A stretch of 63,876 bases of DNA, filler included, from Reticulomyxa filosa (lineage: Eukaryota > Protista > Foraminifera), in the NCBI GenBank assembly GCA_000512085.1. It is 18 parts of 18 records of this genome, joined end to end, with 100 filler letters (N's around TTAATTAATTAA, not from the genome) between each part and the next. Parts side by side here need not be neighbours in the genome. Positions count along the whole stretch, not along the records: positions 21,244 to 24,920 come from ASPP01006375.1; positions 25,021 to 28,321 come from ASPP01002688.1; positions 28,422 to 34,523 come from ASPP01020016.1; positions 34,624 to 37,250 come from ASPP01011093.1; 14 more parts are not named here. One strand, written 5' to 3'. Below are positions 22,612 to 36,027 of the stretch, piece by piece; position 1 is the first letter of the stretch; every line of letters starts with the position of its first letter. Below the pieces are notes generated by a model that saw only the letters and a program-made list of their open reading frames with translations, was not told the DNA's origin and ran no database searches. The position numbers were made by a program, and so were the translations under genes.

Positions 22612-24438
22612 ATGCTTCGCAGTTGTTCTAGCAATCACCACCACATTTTCATCTGCCCAACTCCACGAAGAATCTATCCATTTGCACAAATCTCTCTCTT
22701 TCCATTTTGTTCAGGAAAAGAAAACTCCCCAAAGAAATTTCCGGGACCAAAGCCATTGCCATTAGTAGGGAATCTGTTGTCGATCAAAGGAGGTGCACGT
22801 GGGTTTCTTCCTTTTTTGAACCAATGCCAAGAGCAATACGGAGACGTGTACCAATGTTATTTTGGTTGGTCGAAGCCGATCGTGGTTAGTGACGCCGACA
22901 TGGTCGAACATGTGTTGTCATTAACAAAAGGGAATGGGAAGAACTACGTAGGAAGAGACACGGTACCGATCTTGTTGGACGTATCACGAATGTGGGTGAA
23001 AGATACAAATGTGGTAACAGGTCTGGTATTTGGAGAAGGTGACAGATATTGGGTTAAGCCAAGGAAAGCCGCTTCCGAAGGATTTTTACAAAAATCATTT
23101 TTGCAGGTTGCGACGGACACAATTAATAAGTTTGCGAAACAGTACACAGATCACATTTATCAACAAATGGAAGTTATAAACATATATATATATGCGTAAT
23201 GTATATATGTATATGTGTACGTATACGTATACAATAAGATTGACGTATATATATATATATATATATATGTATATACATATATATGTATACACACACACAC
23301 ACACATACAAATAAATATTCCTAATACGATTAGGAAAACGAAAAGAAAAATGAATGCACGCTAAATGTAAGCAACGTCAATCCAAAGGTGTTTACCGACA
23401 TAATATCGGAACTAGCGTTTGGACAAAGTACGAACATGTTAATTGGAGAGCGAAGTGAACTGGCGGGGGACATTAAACAAACGGGTACCTTGATCAACTA
23501 TTTCGGGCAGTTTCCGGTTGCATTTTGGCGATACGTACCTAACAAAAAGTTTTCTCAACTCCAAAACGTTATCAAGCGCAGCGCGCAGTTTTTAGTTCCT
23601 CGAGTCGAGCAATCGGTCCAAAAGATTAAACAACAACGCTCTTCCACGCAAACTACGAATAATGGAGAGGATAAAGGAGATGTCACTTTTTTGGATATGT
23701 TGGCACGTTTACATGTTGACGGCATGTAGTATACGTATATACGTATACTATATACACACATACACACATATAATATACATAGGACACATATCAATGGAAG
23801 AGGCGTCCGAGCACTCATTAAATATTTTGCAAGCAGGTACGGATACTACGAGCAGCACAATGTGCTTTGCGATGTATTATTTGGCGAAATATCCCGACAT
23901 TCAAGCGAAAGTGCGAGAGGAAATGCTAAGCACTTCTTCCGACGTCGCCTTGGCTGATTCGAATGAGCACAACTTTTCCTATGGGCAATCCAGCGAAGTT
24001 CAATATACCACGGCGTTTCTGAAAGAGGTATTGCGATTGTATCCTGCCGCCCCTTTCTTTAGTCGCCGGGCTATCGAAGACGACTCATGGAATGGGTACC
24101 CCCTTCCCAAAGGGTCCATTGTTTGGATCAATCCGTACCAATTGGGTCGAAACAAAAAAGTTTGGGGTGACAATGTGTTGGAGTTCTCTCCGGAACGCTT
24201 CACTTCGAAAAGAAGAGGGAGTGAGAAACCATACGCATGGGTGCCCTTTGGCTCTGGGGCTCGACAATGCATTGGGTTTCGTCTCAGCATGTTGGAAATG
24301 AAAATTGTGTTGTCACACTTGTTGAAACATTTTCAAATTACGTTTGAAAAAGAAAACCAAGTTCCCGAAATGAAAGAGGTTTTTGAATTTTTCCTGACCA
24401 CCCAAGACCCTGTTGTGGTTAAATTCAAGAAACTTTGA
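22612..24438 (+). CDS. Cytochrome P450, 3 exons
   Basis: FPGPKPLPLVGNL hinge, AGTDTT I-helix, EVLR (ExxR), PERF and FGSGARQCIG heme motif. Intron 23173-23333 and a second intron ending at 23782. Confidence 0.95.
23180..23310. repeat. Intronic (TA)n/(CA)n microsatellite
   Basis: Direct reading. Similar tracts occur in introns near 34060-34095, 41785-41835, 45397-45462 and 45928-45970. Confidence 0.9.
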
Positions 24439-24654
24439 TTGAGGATCGTGTGGTTAGAATGACAACAATAATTAATAATAATAACAACAATAATGATAAT
24501 GATATTTGGGCGATATAAAAAAAAAAGGTGTTTAATGCAATAAATCAAAAAATTGCACACGATTCATTTTTTTTTTTTACGAAGAAAAGTTGTGGAGAGA
24601 GGAGAGGGGAAGGAGGAAGAGAAGACAGAAAAATATTTTATGAAAATTTTGAAA

Positions 24655-24880
24655 TTACAATTCTTCCCAAAACTTGGTTGTATACGTGGTTGTTTTTGTA
24701 ACAAACTCCTTGTCGTTAAAAATTTTCATTTCTTGGCCACCAATGTGTCCGACACTGTTCTTCCGCCAAATGGAGAAGGTGTCCTTTGTACCCGGCCATT
24801 GAGGTAAATTGCACTCATAGATTTTATGATATCTTCTGGCCAATTCATTTTGCACTTCGATTGATGTCGTGCGTCCACTT
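24655..24880 (-). CDS. Probable last exon of a gene cut by the contig end
   Basis: Short ORF ending ...KTTTYTTKFWEEL*, preceded by a poly-A..AG acceptor-like site, convergent with the P450. Confidence 0.4.
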
Positions 24881-25109
24881 TTTTTTTTTTTTAAAATAAA
24901 ACGTAATCCATATAACCATANNNNNNNNNNNNNNNNNNNNNNNNNNNNNNNNNNNNNNNNNNNNTTAATTAATTAANNNNNNNNNNNNNNNNNNNNNNNN
25001 NNNNNNNNNNNNNNNNNNNNAAAAAAAATGGAGTCACAAAGTTTGGAGTTTTTTTTTTTAAATGTATATGTCTATACTTTTTTTTTTTTTTTAATGAAAA
25101 AAAAAAAAA

Positions 25110-26083
25110 GGAAACTTTTAGCATTAATATTATTTTCTTCTGCATCTGTCTGTTTAGAATCCTCTTGATCGTTTTCTTCATTGTAGGTCGATTCGTTGGG
25201 AGTGGACTCGGAATCACCGAAATAAGTGACATGAAAAAGCTTGCAGCAAACCCAAGAGGTGTAAAAGTCATCCAACCCATTGTTATTGATAGCAAAGAAT
25301 TGAGGCAACGTCGACAAGGCAGTTGCGTAGTTATCATAACGAGAGCGCACATCAACTGCATGCAAGGATTGCATCAAATGGGTTTGAAATCCAATTTCAT
25401 GTACAGTTGACTGTTTTGATTGCAACACAGCTTCTTGAAAAAAGTTTGCAAGTGCTATGCTCAATAAATCTGGGATTTTAAATGGTTTACTTCCTTTTTA
25501 TTTTTTTATTTTTATTTTTTTTTAAGGTGTCCACTATTTGTTTGTTTATGTACTTTTATAACTCTCGTCATATGCATCCAACCACAACTTGACTTGGAGT
25601 AAAAACCATACGTCGGACAACTTGCTTATTTGTTGGAATGAAGCTGGCTCCGATATTATTAAATGATCTTCCAACACTTTTCTGAGATCTCTCTCTATTA
25701 TCTTTTTTTGCTTTGGAAACCGGCCATACGAAATAATTCCATTGCTTGCCACTTCCAATTACATGTTCCAATTTTTTTTTGGAACATTTTATTGCCAACG
25801 CGGATTTGACAATGCTTTGGATTGGAGCCTTGTTGTAACACATTCGATATGTATTCCAACATTAGTCTTAACATTTCATCGGACTCCTTGCCTCCTTTTA
25901 TTTGTGACATTGCTTTCCATACTCTCTATTTCATATATCACGCTGCTGCTTATTTTGGCTTTTTTTTGTGCTGCCTACACTTCTTGCACTGAAATTTTTA
26001 CCTTTTCATTTTCATTCAACTCTGCCAAAAGTTCAGTTTCAATTTGTTTCTTTTTTTGCTGCAACTCTTCTATAGACAACATT
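25110..26083 (-). pseudogene. PUB-domain (p97/CDC48-binding) protein gene with frame disruptions
   Basis: LRLMLEYISNVLQQGSNPKHCQIRVGNKMFQKKIG...AMELFRMAGF fits the PUB pattern. An in-frame TAG near 25977 and frame changes near 25900 and 25705 could be decay or sequencing error. Confidence 0.55.
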
Positions 26084-26693
26084 ATTATACTCAATTTATT
26101 GCTTGTAATTGATTTTTTTTGATTTCTTCTCCCCTTTTAATCAAAGAGAACTTTTTTACTAAAGAGGTTTTTGGTACCGGCCAAAATGTTCGATTCTTTG
26201 CTTTTTTTTACTTTTGTGCTGGCCTACTTCAGCACAGAAACCTGTAGCAAAGTCTTTTGTTCTTTTTATTTATTCTTCTGGTATTGTTACTGAAGGAATC
26301 TTAGGTTTTCATTGATCAGTATTGTTGAATTTTCGCAGATACTACAGAATATCACAAATTTAACGATTCAACTTACAAATATGATTTTTGGTGTTTTAAA
26401 TAGTTTTTACAGAAGGAATTAAACACCCCTCAGAGATCCATTTTTTGAGTAATTTTTTGTTATGATATTGTTTAATTTATTTAAAGTTAGTTGTTGGTTT
26501 GTGTTTAACAAAATTTATTATAGCAACATATAAAAAATATTTTGCAAAAAAAATGCAAAAATTATCAGCAAGAGAAATTATATATGCCACTGCAGTTTGT
26601 TGTGCATTTTAATACATTTTTTGTTTAGTTTTTTTTAGGTTTAGTTTTACATCATAATGTGATCGTATAATTTTTTCACATCCTGCATTGACA

Positions 26694-27632
26694 ATGGATC
26701 TGTCTGCTTCAAAAAAAAATTCAATTGCTAGGTTAAGTATAACAACGCCCCAAATAATCAGATCAAACGAATACGCTAATATTGAAAGAGCATGGTATTT
26801 TAACCGTTTTGTACAAGAAAATATGAGTATATCCTCACTTCCAGAGAAGAATTTCCTGCACAAACAAAAAAAACGAAAAAACGAGCTTTGTTGTAATATT
26901 GTAGGTGATAGTCCTCGTTGTATACTAAAAAAATCTCAATCAGTAATTGAAATTCCAGCCTTAAAGAGAGAGTACTTACAAAAGATTATAGTTCAACATG
27001 AGCTGTTCTCTTTACCTCCTGCAGGTGTGATGTATAATGAACTTTTTTACGAATGATTCGAATTGTTAACATTAAAACTTGTTCTTTTTTAAACATTTAC
27101 GAAACAAAACAATGAAGTAAGGTCAAAAAACCGCCTTTCTTGTCAATTTCAAAAAGGATTGGACAACAGTGAGTCAATTGAATTCATTTATGACAGTCGA
27201 AGTGACACGTGCTCTCGTCCAAACAGTACAGTTATTAACAGTTTCAAAAATTTCCCAAAAAATAATGATAACGAAACCAAAGAAAAAAATAATGGTCCCA
27301 ATACTGAAAATGCAACTGTCAATTTCAATGATCAGCTCAGTTTTTATGCATTAGACACATGGTATCACGCGAACCACAAACCCAAAAAAGGCTTGAAGCC
27401 TGTCAAAAGACGCAGTCACACTTTACCACAAACACAGTTTTCTGTTGATATGAGTGATAATTTTGATACTGGACCAAGAAGCTGGACCAGAAATGTTAAT
27501 CATATCTCCAATTCAATATCTCCAGTCAAGAATAATTCAACTAACAAAAACAAAAAAAGTTCAAGTGGTCCAGTAAATTTCACGTCAAACAAACGCCAAC
27601 CTCCATGTTGTCAAATTTGTATTGTGAGCTGA
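26694..27632 (+). CDS. Hypothetical low-complexity protein with a C-terminal CaaX box, probably 2 exons
   Basis: ORFs 26688-27056 and 27159-27632; ends NKRQPPCCQICIVS*. Confidence 0.6.
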
Positions 27633-28139
27633 AAATATTTTTAATAGCATTTTAAAATTTTGCTCCTAAAAGTATTTGCTTCATAATCTGATTAAAAAAG
27701 TTACATAGACCTTCGTAATTGCAACGATTTCAAATTTATCATTTTGTTAATCAATAGAAAATACAGCTTAAACTTTACAGAAGAATCTTTTCTCAAGCAA
27801 TTCAACATTTCCAAATTTAATCATAATTAATTGCTGTGCGTTCGTTTTTTGTATTTATTTTATTTTGAAGAGCATGAATCACGCAATCCAAAATTCTATT
27901 TTTTGTTAGTTGATGGCCGATAAAAATGCTTTGATATTAATGTTCGTATGTTTGCTCAACATTTGATATATAAATCGACAGAAAAAAAGATATTAATGGT
28001 CAATGTCAATGCATTTGTGAAAATTAAAATTTTAAAGATGATCTCCACAAACTGGAGAATCTAAAAATGTATTTGATTTTATAAAAGTGTATAGAAATAT
28101 GAAAAAATTGTTAATTTTTTTTTGGATAAAAATTAAATA

Positions 28140-28321
28140 CAGTAGAATGCAAAGTAAAGTTGACACCTAAAACGGCACCTTGTAGAAATGATTGATTTTC
28201 TAAATGAAAAAACAATATTCATACATAATTTTTTATAAACAATATCTACAGATCGTGTACTTTTTAAATATCATTTTGTTTTTTTATTACATCTTTACTA
28301 ATTGTTTAAAAAATTTGAATA
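28140..28321 (+). mobile_element. Dispersed repeat, probable Tc1/mariner-type element end or MITE (copy 2)
   Basis: TA|CAGTAGAATGCAAAGTAAAGTTGACACC...; a CAGT start after TA is typical of Tc1 termini. Runs to the contig end. Confidence 0.7.
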
Positions 28322-28503
28322 NNNNNNNNNNNNNNNNNNNNNNNNNNNNNNNNNNNNNNNNNNNNTTAATTAATTAANNNNNNNNNNNNNNNNNNNNNNN
28401 NNNNNNNNNNNNNNNNNNNNNAAATTTTTTTTTATTTTTAATTCAAAAGTTTTGGAAAATGTTACGTATACTTGTTACATGGTGTTAATGTATACGTTTT
28501 TAG

Positions 28504-31001
28504 CTACGCGGCTATTGTCAATTTTCACATCAATGGTGTTTAGACTGGGAACATGTGAGAGTGGAAGAGTGCCCAGATAAAAAATTCTTTGTGTGTTTGC
28601 ATTGTGGCAAAACATACCGTGACCTAAAAAAACAAATACCCTGGTTGCTTGGGTTTTCGGACAAGCATAATTCCCAACCAGCTCGTCTTTGTGGGTTGTG
28701 CTTTACCGAAGCACACAAAGAAGCTATCGATAGCACGCGTATTAACATCCACGAATACGTGGAGGCCAATTTGAGCAATCCCACTAAAACTATGGAATTG
28801 TGTTTGGTTCATCGATTGTTTACTACAAACAGGTACCAATCTTTTTTTTTTTTTTTTTGTCTCTCCTTTTGCTCTCCTTTTGCTCTCCTTTTGCTCTCAT
28901 TTCTCCCACAAATGATTAATAGTCGTTTGATGCTGACATTGATGAATGAATACCAATACATTTGGAAAAACCGTCGCGAGGATCACAAAAAAATGCTTCA
29001 TATCATTAATTTGTTGAGTGGTTGTTTTGCTATTTTTTTTTTTTTTATAAGACTATTGCAAAGGTTGAATACGTTAATAATAACACAAATAACAAACCAA
29101 TTTGCAGCATTCGTCAATGGATAATCTTTTTGTGGGATGAAGATTTCGCCTTGCAAAGCCAAGCTCGACAACACTTGAACACATTTTTAAGTCAAGTCAT
29201 TAGCACCTCGAATGGACATGCGATATACAAAGATATATTCCAAGCTGCACAATTGTTACTGTCCAGCTATCGCAAGCAATATCTACACGAGAGACAAGTA
29301 AGGCTCCAACAAGAAGATGCCGGATTGCTGCAGGCCAATAAAACCGGCTCTCCTCGTCTGCTGGCCTCTTCTGGAGCATCGCCAACGCCGTTAGCTTTGA
29401 CGGATAAAAAGCCCATAGCACCAGTCCACAGCAACACGGAATTAGCGGATTTGCGTGCGGTCGATTGCACCTCCAATGAAAATGAAGCAGATCGCAATAG
29501 CAAAAAGTTTGAGTTGTTAATGCAGTCCAAACAAGACATTATGGAACAATATCGAAATGAATCTTCCCATGGCAAAAGCTTTGTTTTGGGAATGTGCGGA
29601 CGGGATTACGATTTGCTGTTTCAAGGGCAAGGCGACGCTGGTGGATTTACAGGACCACTGTCGCCTCGAATAAATGAAGACAACATTTCTTTGCAAGTCG
29701 CTAGTACCCTTAATATCAATACGAATGTACACGCCTCTGAAGATAACAATTCAAAGCAAGCCGGCGCTGGTGTTATGAGTCCAACCCTTACCCATGAAAA
29801 AAAAAATCCAAAGTACTTTTTCATTGGAAACAAAGCGAATGACAATGAAAAAGAACGTGAAATGTTAATGACACAAATCTTGGAACACGAGTGCAGGGTC
29901 ATTGCTGAGTTATTGCGACCTGTGTTTCTTTCTTTTGACATACAATTACTACTTTTTATAAACAGCTAACTTTACCCTATTCTTTGCTTCACATAGACAA
30001 TTAACACTGATGATGTTTGAAAAGTTTAAAAAAATTACTCCAACCGAGTTACTTCAAAAAGTTGAGTTTTTTTTTTTTTACCGTCTTCTGAAATAAAATA
30101 AAAAATTATTGTGTATACGTATTATGATCGGAAACGTGGGGGGGGGAAACAAAAAAAAAAGGGGTGGACAAGAGATGACAAATTTAATCGTGCTCCAAAT
30201 GTCGTGGATATGATATTCTTTTGTGAGTCTATTTCGGTATGGGTGCAATTGGAAATCATTGCAGAAAAACCTGCAAACCGCCTACGTGCTTATGAAAAAT
30301 TTATTCGAATTGCCAGAGAATTAGAAAAAATAAACAATCAATACGGACAGCTTCAAGTTTTTGCTGGTCTAGACTCTCATTATGTTACTCGATTCAAGAA
30401 ATTAGAAAAGGTACAGTTTTTTTATTTTGCTCTGTTCTAAATTTGCTATCTTTAACATTACATCAAAAAAAAAAAAAATGGCTGTGATCATGCATAATCA
30501 AGGCATTGGAAACATCCAACAATGAGCTCTCCACTTTTATGAAAAATACGGCGAAATTGATGAATACATCAAGGAACTTTTTCAATTTGCGTCAAGGATT
30601 GTGGAGACTGGAAACACCGTGCATTCCATATTTAGGTGTATTTCTCAAAGATGCTTTCATGGTCGATGAGTTGTTCAAAAAGTCAAAAATTGGAAGAGCA
30701 GATCCAGAACAAACCAAACGGGTTTGGGATATTTATTATCAAATTAATGCTTATAGACAAGTTTGATTATCTTTCTTTTGTTTTTATATGTGTTATTTTT
30801 CTATCTACAGTTTGCAATCGATTAATCCAACAAAACACACAGGCGTCTTACAAATTTCCGCAGTACAAGCGAGTGCAAAAGTTCTTGGAACGGGAATTTC
30901 AAATTGCAAGCGAACTTGACCTGAAGTTACTCAGTGCCTATGGGAATCAACTGGCGAAAGCGGAAAATGCGGTAGAAAAATCACACAAGTGGGGATGGTG
31001 A
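28504..31001 (+). CDS. RasGEF (CDC25 domain) protein with an N-terminal Cys-rich, FYVE-like finger; multi-exon, 5' partial
   Basis: QLTLMMFEKFKKITPTELL, APNVVDMI, KFIRIARELEKINNQYG..VFAGL, SRNFFNLR, PCIPYLGVFLKD; upstream CLHCG...PARLCGLCF. Confidence 0.88.
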
Positions 31002-31632
31002 TGATCTTCACACAAAAAAAAAGATTAACCAATAAAACAAGAATAAAATGGCTGGGGGTGCAATTTATTTGTGCGAGCTTAACGCTTTTAGGGTCTATTC
31101 TTTCTTTGTTGTGTAGTGATTTGAAAGTTGTGTAGAAATAATATTCATAGTGAACTGTAAAAACTTTTCAGGCAAAATAGTAATTTCCGACAGGTGTCTC
31201 GTGGCCGCTCACTTTTTGGAAACTTTTTCCTTGGTCGTTTTTCTGTGTTTTTTCTTTGTGGAGGATTAACTAGAGTAAACATTTGTTTTGGAACAAAAAT
31301 TAATAAGAAAATTTGTCGGAAGTTTCTTGTATTTTTGTTTTTTCTATTACAATTTGACTGGGGTGCATAAATAATTTCACTTCTAAATTTTTGGTATATT
31401 CCTAAAAATGGTCCCACGAAATCTACGTGTCACTATTGGACAAGTGATTCGGGTAAAAGAGTCGTAAATAGACTCAGATTTCTAAATTTCATAAGAAAAA
31501 ATGAAAAATTATTGTTCCTTGGGATTAATTTCATTAGTTTGTTTTTCAATGCTATGGTTTTCAGGCGGGTCCTGTTTTTCTGCTTGTTGTTCTTTTTCCT
31601 TATCGTTCTCTGTTCCATTTTGATTATCTCTT

Positions 31633-34462
31633 TCATGGCCGTCTTCTTTTTATTTGTGTAAATTCTTCTCTTTTTTCTTCTTTTTCCATATTTTTGGAGG
31701 AAGATGCTATTTTTTCGTTACCATCACTGTTATTACTGTCATTATTATTTCTATCTTCGTCATCCTCATCTTCCTCGTCGTCTCCATCCCCGTCTTCATT
31801 TTCATCTTCGTCTTCATTGTCACTATGTCTTTTTTTTTCATCGCTTTCATTATCATTTTCTGATACCTCGTTGTCAGCGTTTGATTGAGATGGACGCTTG
31901 CTTGGTGGCAAAAATTCATTCGCTGGTCGGATATCTACAGTTTTATTGCGATGTGAACGAATACCACTTTTTGGATATGTTTTCTTTTTATATGAAGTAG
32001 GGTGAGATGAATTCGAAACATCGTTGCCATTGTGTGAGTGACAAGAGGCTTTTGGTTGAGAACATGACATTTCGGAGACACGCGACCGTCCAAGATGCAG
32101 CATAGAAATGAGTTTGAGCGTATCTCCAAATTCTGTTTGCGCCTTTACTTGAGCGATGCACGGATTCCAAATTTGGACAATAGCGTTCCACGACTTAACA
32201 CTTTTGGTAAGATCAACAGCTTTATCAAAATAGTGACGTGCATTACACCATTTATGGCGCTTGCGAAAATACCTCGCAGCATGAAAATACAAAGCAACGT
32301 CAGTGATGGAGTGAATATCTTGTTGAACGAGAGGATTATCTTTGAAACGTCGGAAATCTTTTGAGCTGCTCAATAAATCTTCGTCCCACACAAAGTTGCG
32401 AACGATATGTTTTTGCCAAAGCTGTTTTAATCTCCAAGGACGAATACTACGCTTCAACATCGTCGTCTTTTTCTGCAATATCTCTTCATAAAACAAAATA
32501 CAATTCACGGGATCCATTGGATCAAACTTTTCCATAAATACTTTGTGAAAATCAATTTTGGAGGATTGACTCATGTTGGGATGCAGCAATTCCAAAATGA
32601 TTTGCTTTTGAAAACACAGCATACGTATCATTGACAATATCATCGCTAAAACCACTTGATGATAGGGCACTACTTTCGAGCGTTCCCATGCCTTCAAAGC
32701 CCATTTGTAGCTTTCAAACCATTGACTGTGATGCAGCAATCCCTCCAACACCGCCAAATCGCTGTAGAAATACGCCGCATTGTTTGCAGCGTGCAATTCT
32801 GTTGCATGCTGGTAAAAGTGCATGCACGTGCGAGCTAATGACACATCGTTCGTATCCAATGCCACCATTCCAAACAAATAATGGGACTTTTGTCCGTCAA
32901 TCCCAGGGAAATCTTGCAATTCTTCGTAGCGTATATCTTTCCCGTAACGGCAATACAGCGCCTCCACAATGTGTGAAAACAATCGCTTCGCTTTCATTTT
33001 AAACAGAATCGGGGATATAATGGGGACTTGTCAATAAACAAATAAACAAATAAACAAATTATGTTTTATTTATTTAATGTGATGTTACGTATACGTCTGC
33101 AAAATTCAGCTTCAAATTTTTTAAAATTTTTTTCCCGTTAAATATCAAAAAGCAAAAAAAGAAGAGAGAGAGAGAGAGTGTGTTGTGTGTGTAGTTGGGG
33201 GGGGGGGGGGGGGAAAAAAAAAAAAAAACAAAGTACATTTTTCATCGTTTGTTTTGGCATTTTTGGCCTCGGCCTCAAAAGTATGGATGACACCATTGGA
33301 ACACAAACGGTGGTTCAAATTTTGGAAAATCAACGTAATAATGATTCGGTTTTGTTTGAACATTTTTTTTTTTCGCTTTTTCGGACATTTTTAATAGCGT
33401 TTCCGTGTCAGTGATATGCTCAGTCAGCAAATCGATTACGCAGCTTGCAAACCAATTGACTTCCCACAGCTCAATTTTGTGTTGCATGAATTCATTCACC
33501 ATGGCCAGACGAGCTTATAGATTATGGTGAAAAGAGGGGAGAAAGGGAGAGAGATTGATTCCTCAATGTAAAACAAACAAATAAAGCAACAAAAAAAAAG
33601 TAAACCTTGAATGGGAGGTCTTGTGGGCCAATCTTCCGTTAAAAACCATTGCATATTTCTGAGAGTGCCAGTCTCTTCGAAAAAGGCTCTGTTTTGTTCA
33701 GCAAGTGTCCGATAGTCAATCGCTTGTGATGTTTGAACCACACTTTCCCAAAGAGCTGCCAATCCATGTGATACTTTTCAATGACTTTGTGAGCATACGC
33801 GAATCTCCCCGATGGATGGATACACAGGATTTCCAACATTACAATTTTTAGTTCAAAGCGATCTTGGCACTCCAATTTTTTTTCCATGCCAAACAAATGA
33901 TGCAAAATGTGTTTCTCAATTTCAGTAGGATTTTCTATCAATTCTTCGTTTGGATGAGACCCTTTGGAACAAAAACCCAAAAAAAAAAAAAAAAAATATG
34001 TGCATATGTAATGTATACGTATACAATTCCATTGATAATTAAAACAAAAAATAAGACACATATACATATACATATATGTATATATATATATATATAACCA
34101 GGTTGGAATGTCTTTAACCATGCCTCCAAATCTGCAAATTCTGCGGTTTGCTGTTCAAAAATGTCCCGTGGCAATTGTTGATCATCCTTGCAAAATTGTC
34201 GAAGATGTAATGTCCCATTTCGTAGTTGACGACTATCTTTTGGATCAATGATCACATCGGGGTCGAATGTAAATCCGTGCAAGCGTTCGAACTGTTGTTT
34301 GTAGTATTCGACCTCCACTTTTACCATCAGCTGGTACCAGAGCAATGCTATGCAGCCTTGTTGGAACTCGTTTGCTTTGTTGCATTTTATTATGTACAAA
34401 TACAAGTTCTTGCGCAACTCGGAGCAATAGCGTCCAAACAGGTTTGCCAATGATATTATCAT
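31633..34462 (-). CDS. Hypothetical multi-exon helical protein with an acidic tail and basic C-terminus; 5' partial
   Basis: Successive minus-strand ORFs separated by homopolymer-rich introns. The last exon is 454 aa with a D/E tract and ends IKRRRP. Confidence 0.7.
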
Positions 34463-34641
34463 TTCCTTTTTTTTTTTTTTTTGTTTGTTTGTTTGTTTGT
34501 AGAAGATGGAGGGAGAGAAAATTNNNNNNNNNNNNNNNNNNNNNNNNNNNNNNNNNNNNNNNNNNNNTTAATTAATTAANNNNNNNNNNNNNNNNNNNNN
34601 NNNNNNNNNNNNNNNNNNNNNNNTTTGTTTTGTTTATCAAG

Positions 34642-35045
34642 GTATAATGTATGTGGCAGCACTATCTTCATTTAATCAATCACTATGGGAAGACGCTCGA
34701 ATCAATCGAATGGTGGAATCATTGGCACTGTTCCGAGGTGTAGTGAACATGGACGGGTTGGAACGCGCCCATATCATACTGTTTTTGAATAAGTCAGATT
34801 TGTTTGCGCAACGTATCCAAAAGCACCATTTGAGAGACTACTTTCCTGATTACACCGGCCCAGATCAAGACTTTGAACAGGGGGTGCAATTCATCCAAAA
34901 CAAGTTTATTATGCAATCCGCGGATAAATCTAAAATCATTTACTCTCATGTCTCTTGTGCTACTGATCCGCAAAATGTTTTGAATGTCTTCAACTCGGTC
35001 CGCGACATTGTCGTTCGAAACCAATTAAAGAGACAGTTTATGTGA
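34642..35045 (+). CDS. Heterotrimeric G-protein alpha subunit, last exon
   Basis: YVAALSSFNQSLWED..NRMVESLALF, IILFLNKSDLF (G4), YSHVSCATD (G5). Confidence 0.95.
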
Positions 35046-36027
35046 TTCAATTGATAAACTAACAAATACACAGATATACATACGTACATACATACAAACA
35101 AACAAAACAATACAAATTTAGAATTTGCCTTTTTACTTTTGCTTTTGTTTCTTTTTTTTAATTTGTTTTTGTTCATTTTTGTTTTTATTTGTTTTTGTTT
35201 TGTTTTTTGTTTTTTTTTTATTTTGGTTTTCGTTTTTGATGTCGCTTTCATAGCAAATTTTGGCGTGTGCATTATAACATATCGTTTATTGATTTTCTTG
35301 TTTTGGACTTTTTCCCCTCCTCTTTTTCTTTAAAGAAAAAAAAAACAATGATAATTATTGCTAGTGAACGGAACAAAAACATGTTACTGTTGGACAAAAT
35401 AAAAAAAAAAATATTTTTTCCCCTTTTTTTTCATGTGGTTTGTGGAATCAATTGTCATTCGCTCTTTAATCTTTGAAATAAACTTTTGTTTGGGATTTTT
35501 CCCCCTCTCTTCTTCTCTTTTCTCTTTTCTTTATTTCTTTGTTTTGTGTTTTTTTCGTTATCTTGCCCCTGTCAAAAACCACCCAATTCGTCTTATAATG
35601 TCACCAAAAACGACTTTACGGTGCAGTCAATCGAAAAAAATAATCTCCCACTATTTTGAATAAAATCAAAGTAATGTAGCCTGACTCGGGTACATTTACA
35701 TATTATACAAAAAAAAAATAAAAATGTGAAGCTGTTTTTTTAATTTTACGAAATTAATGCAATGAGGGAGAAGAGGAAAAAAAAGACTTGGGATTGAAAA
35801 TATGCAAATGAGAAAAAGTGCATAAGAAAAGGGGTAAAGGAGAATTAGACGGTCTGTCCTTTTGGTAGAAGCTTTTTCTTGCACAATTTGCTTAACATTA
35901 AATTTTTGAAGAAAGCAAACACGTGAGACACAGTTTTATTCTTTTTTTTTTTTTGGAAATGAAAAGTTTTTCATCTGAACATCTCATCAAAAAAAAAACT
36001 TATTGTATCCAAAGTGGTTTCTTTCAA

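Noticed and set aside
28860-28900. 11-bp tandem repeat (CTCTCCTTTTG) x3-4
   Set aside because: Intronic minisatellite with no spacers; ordinary slippage.
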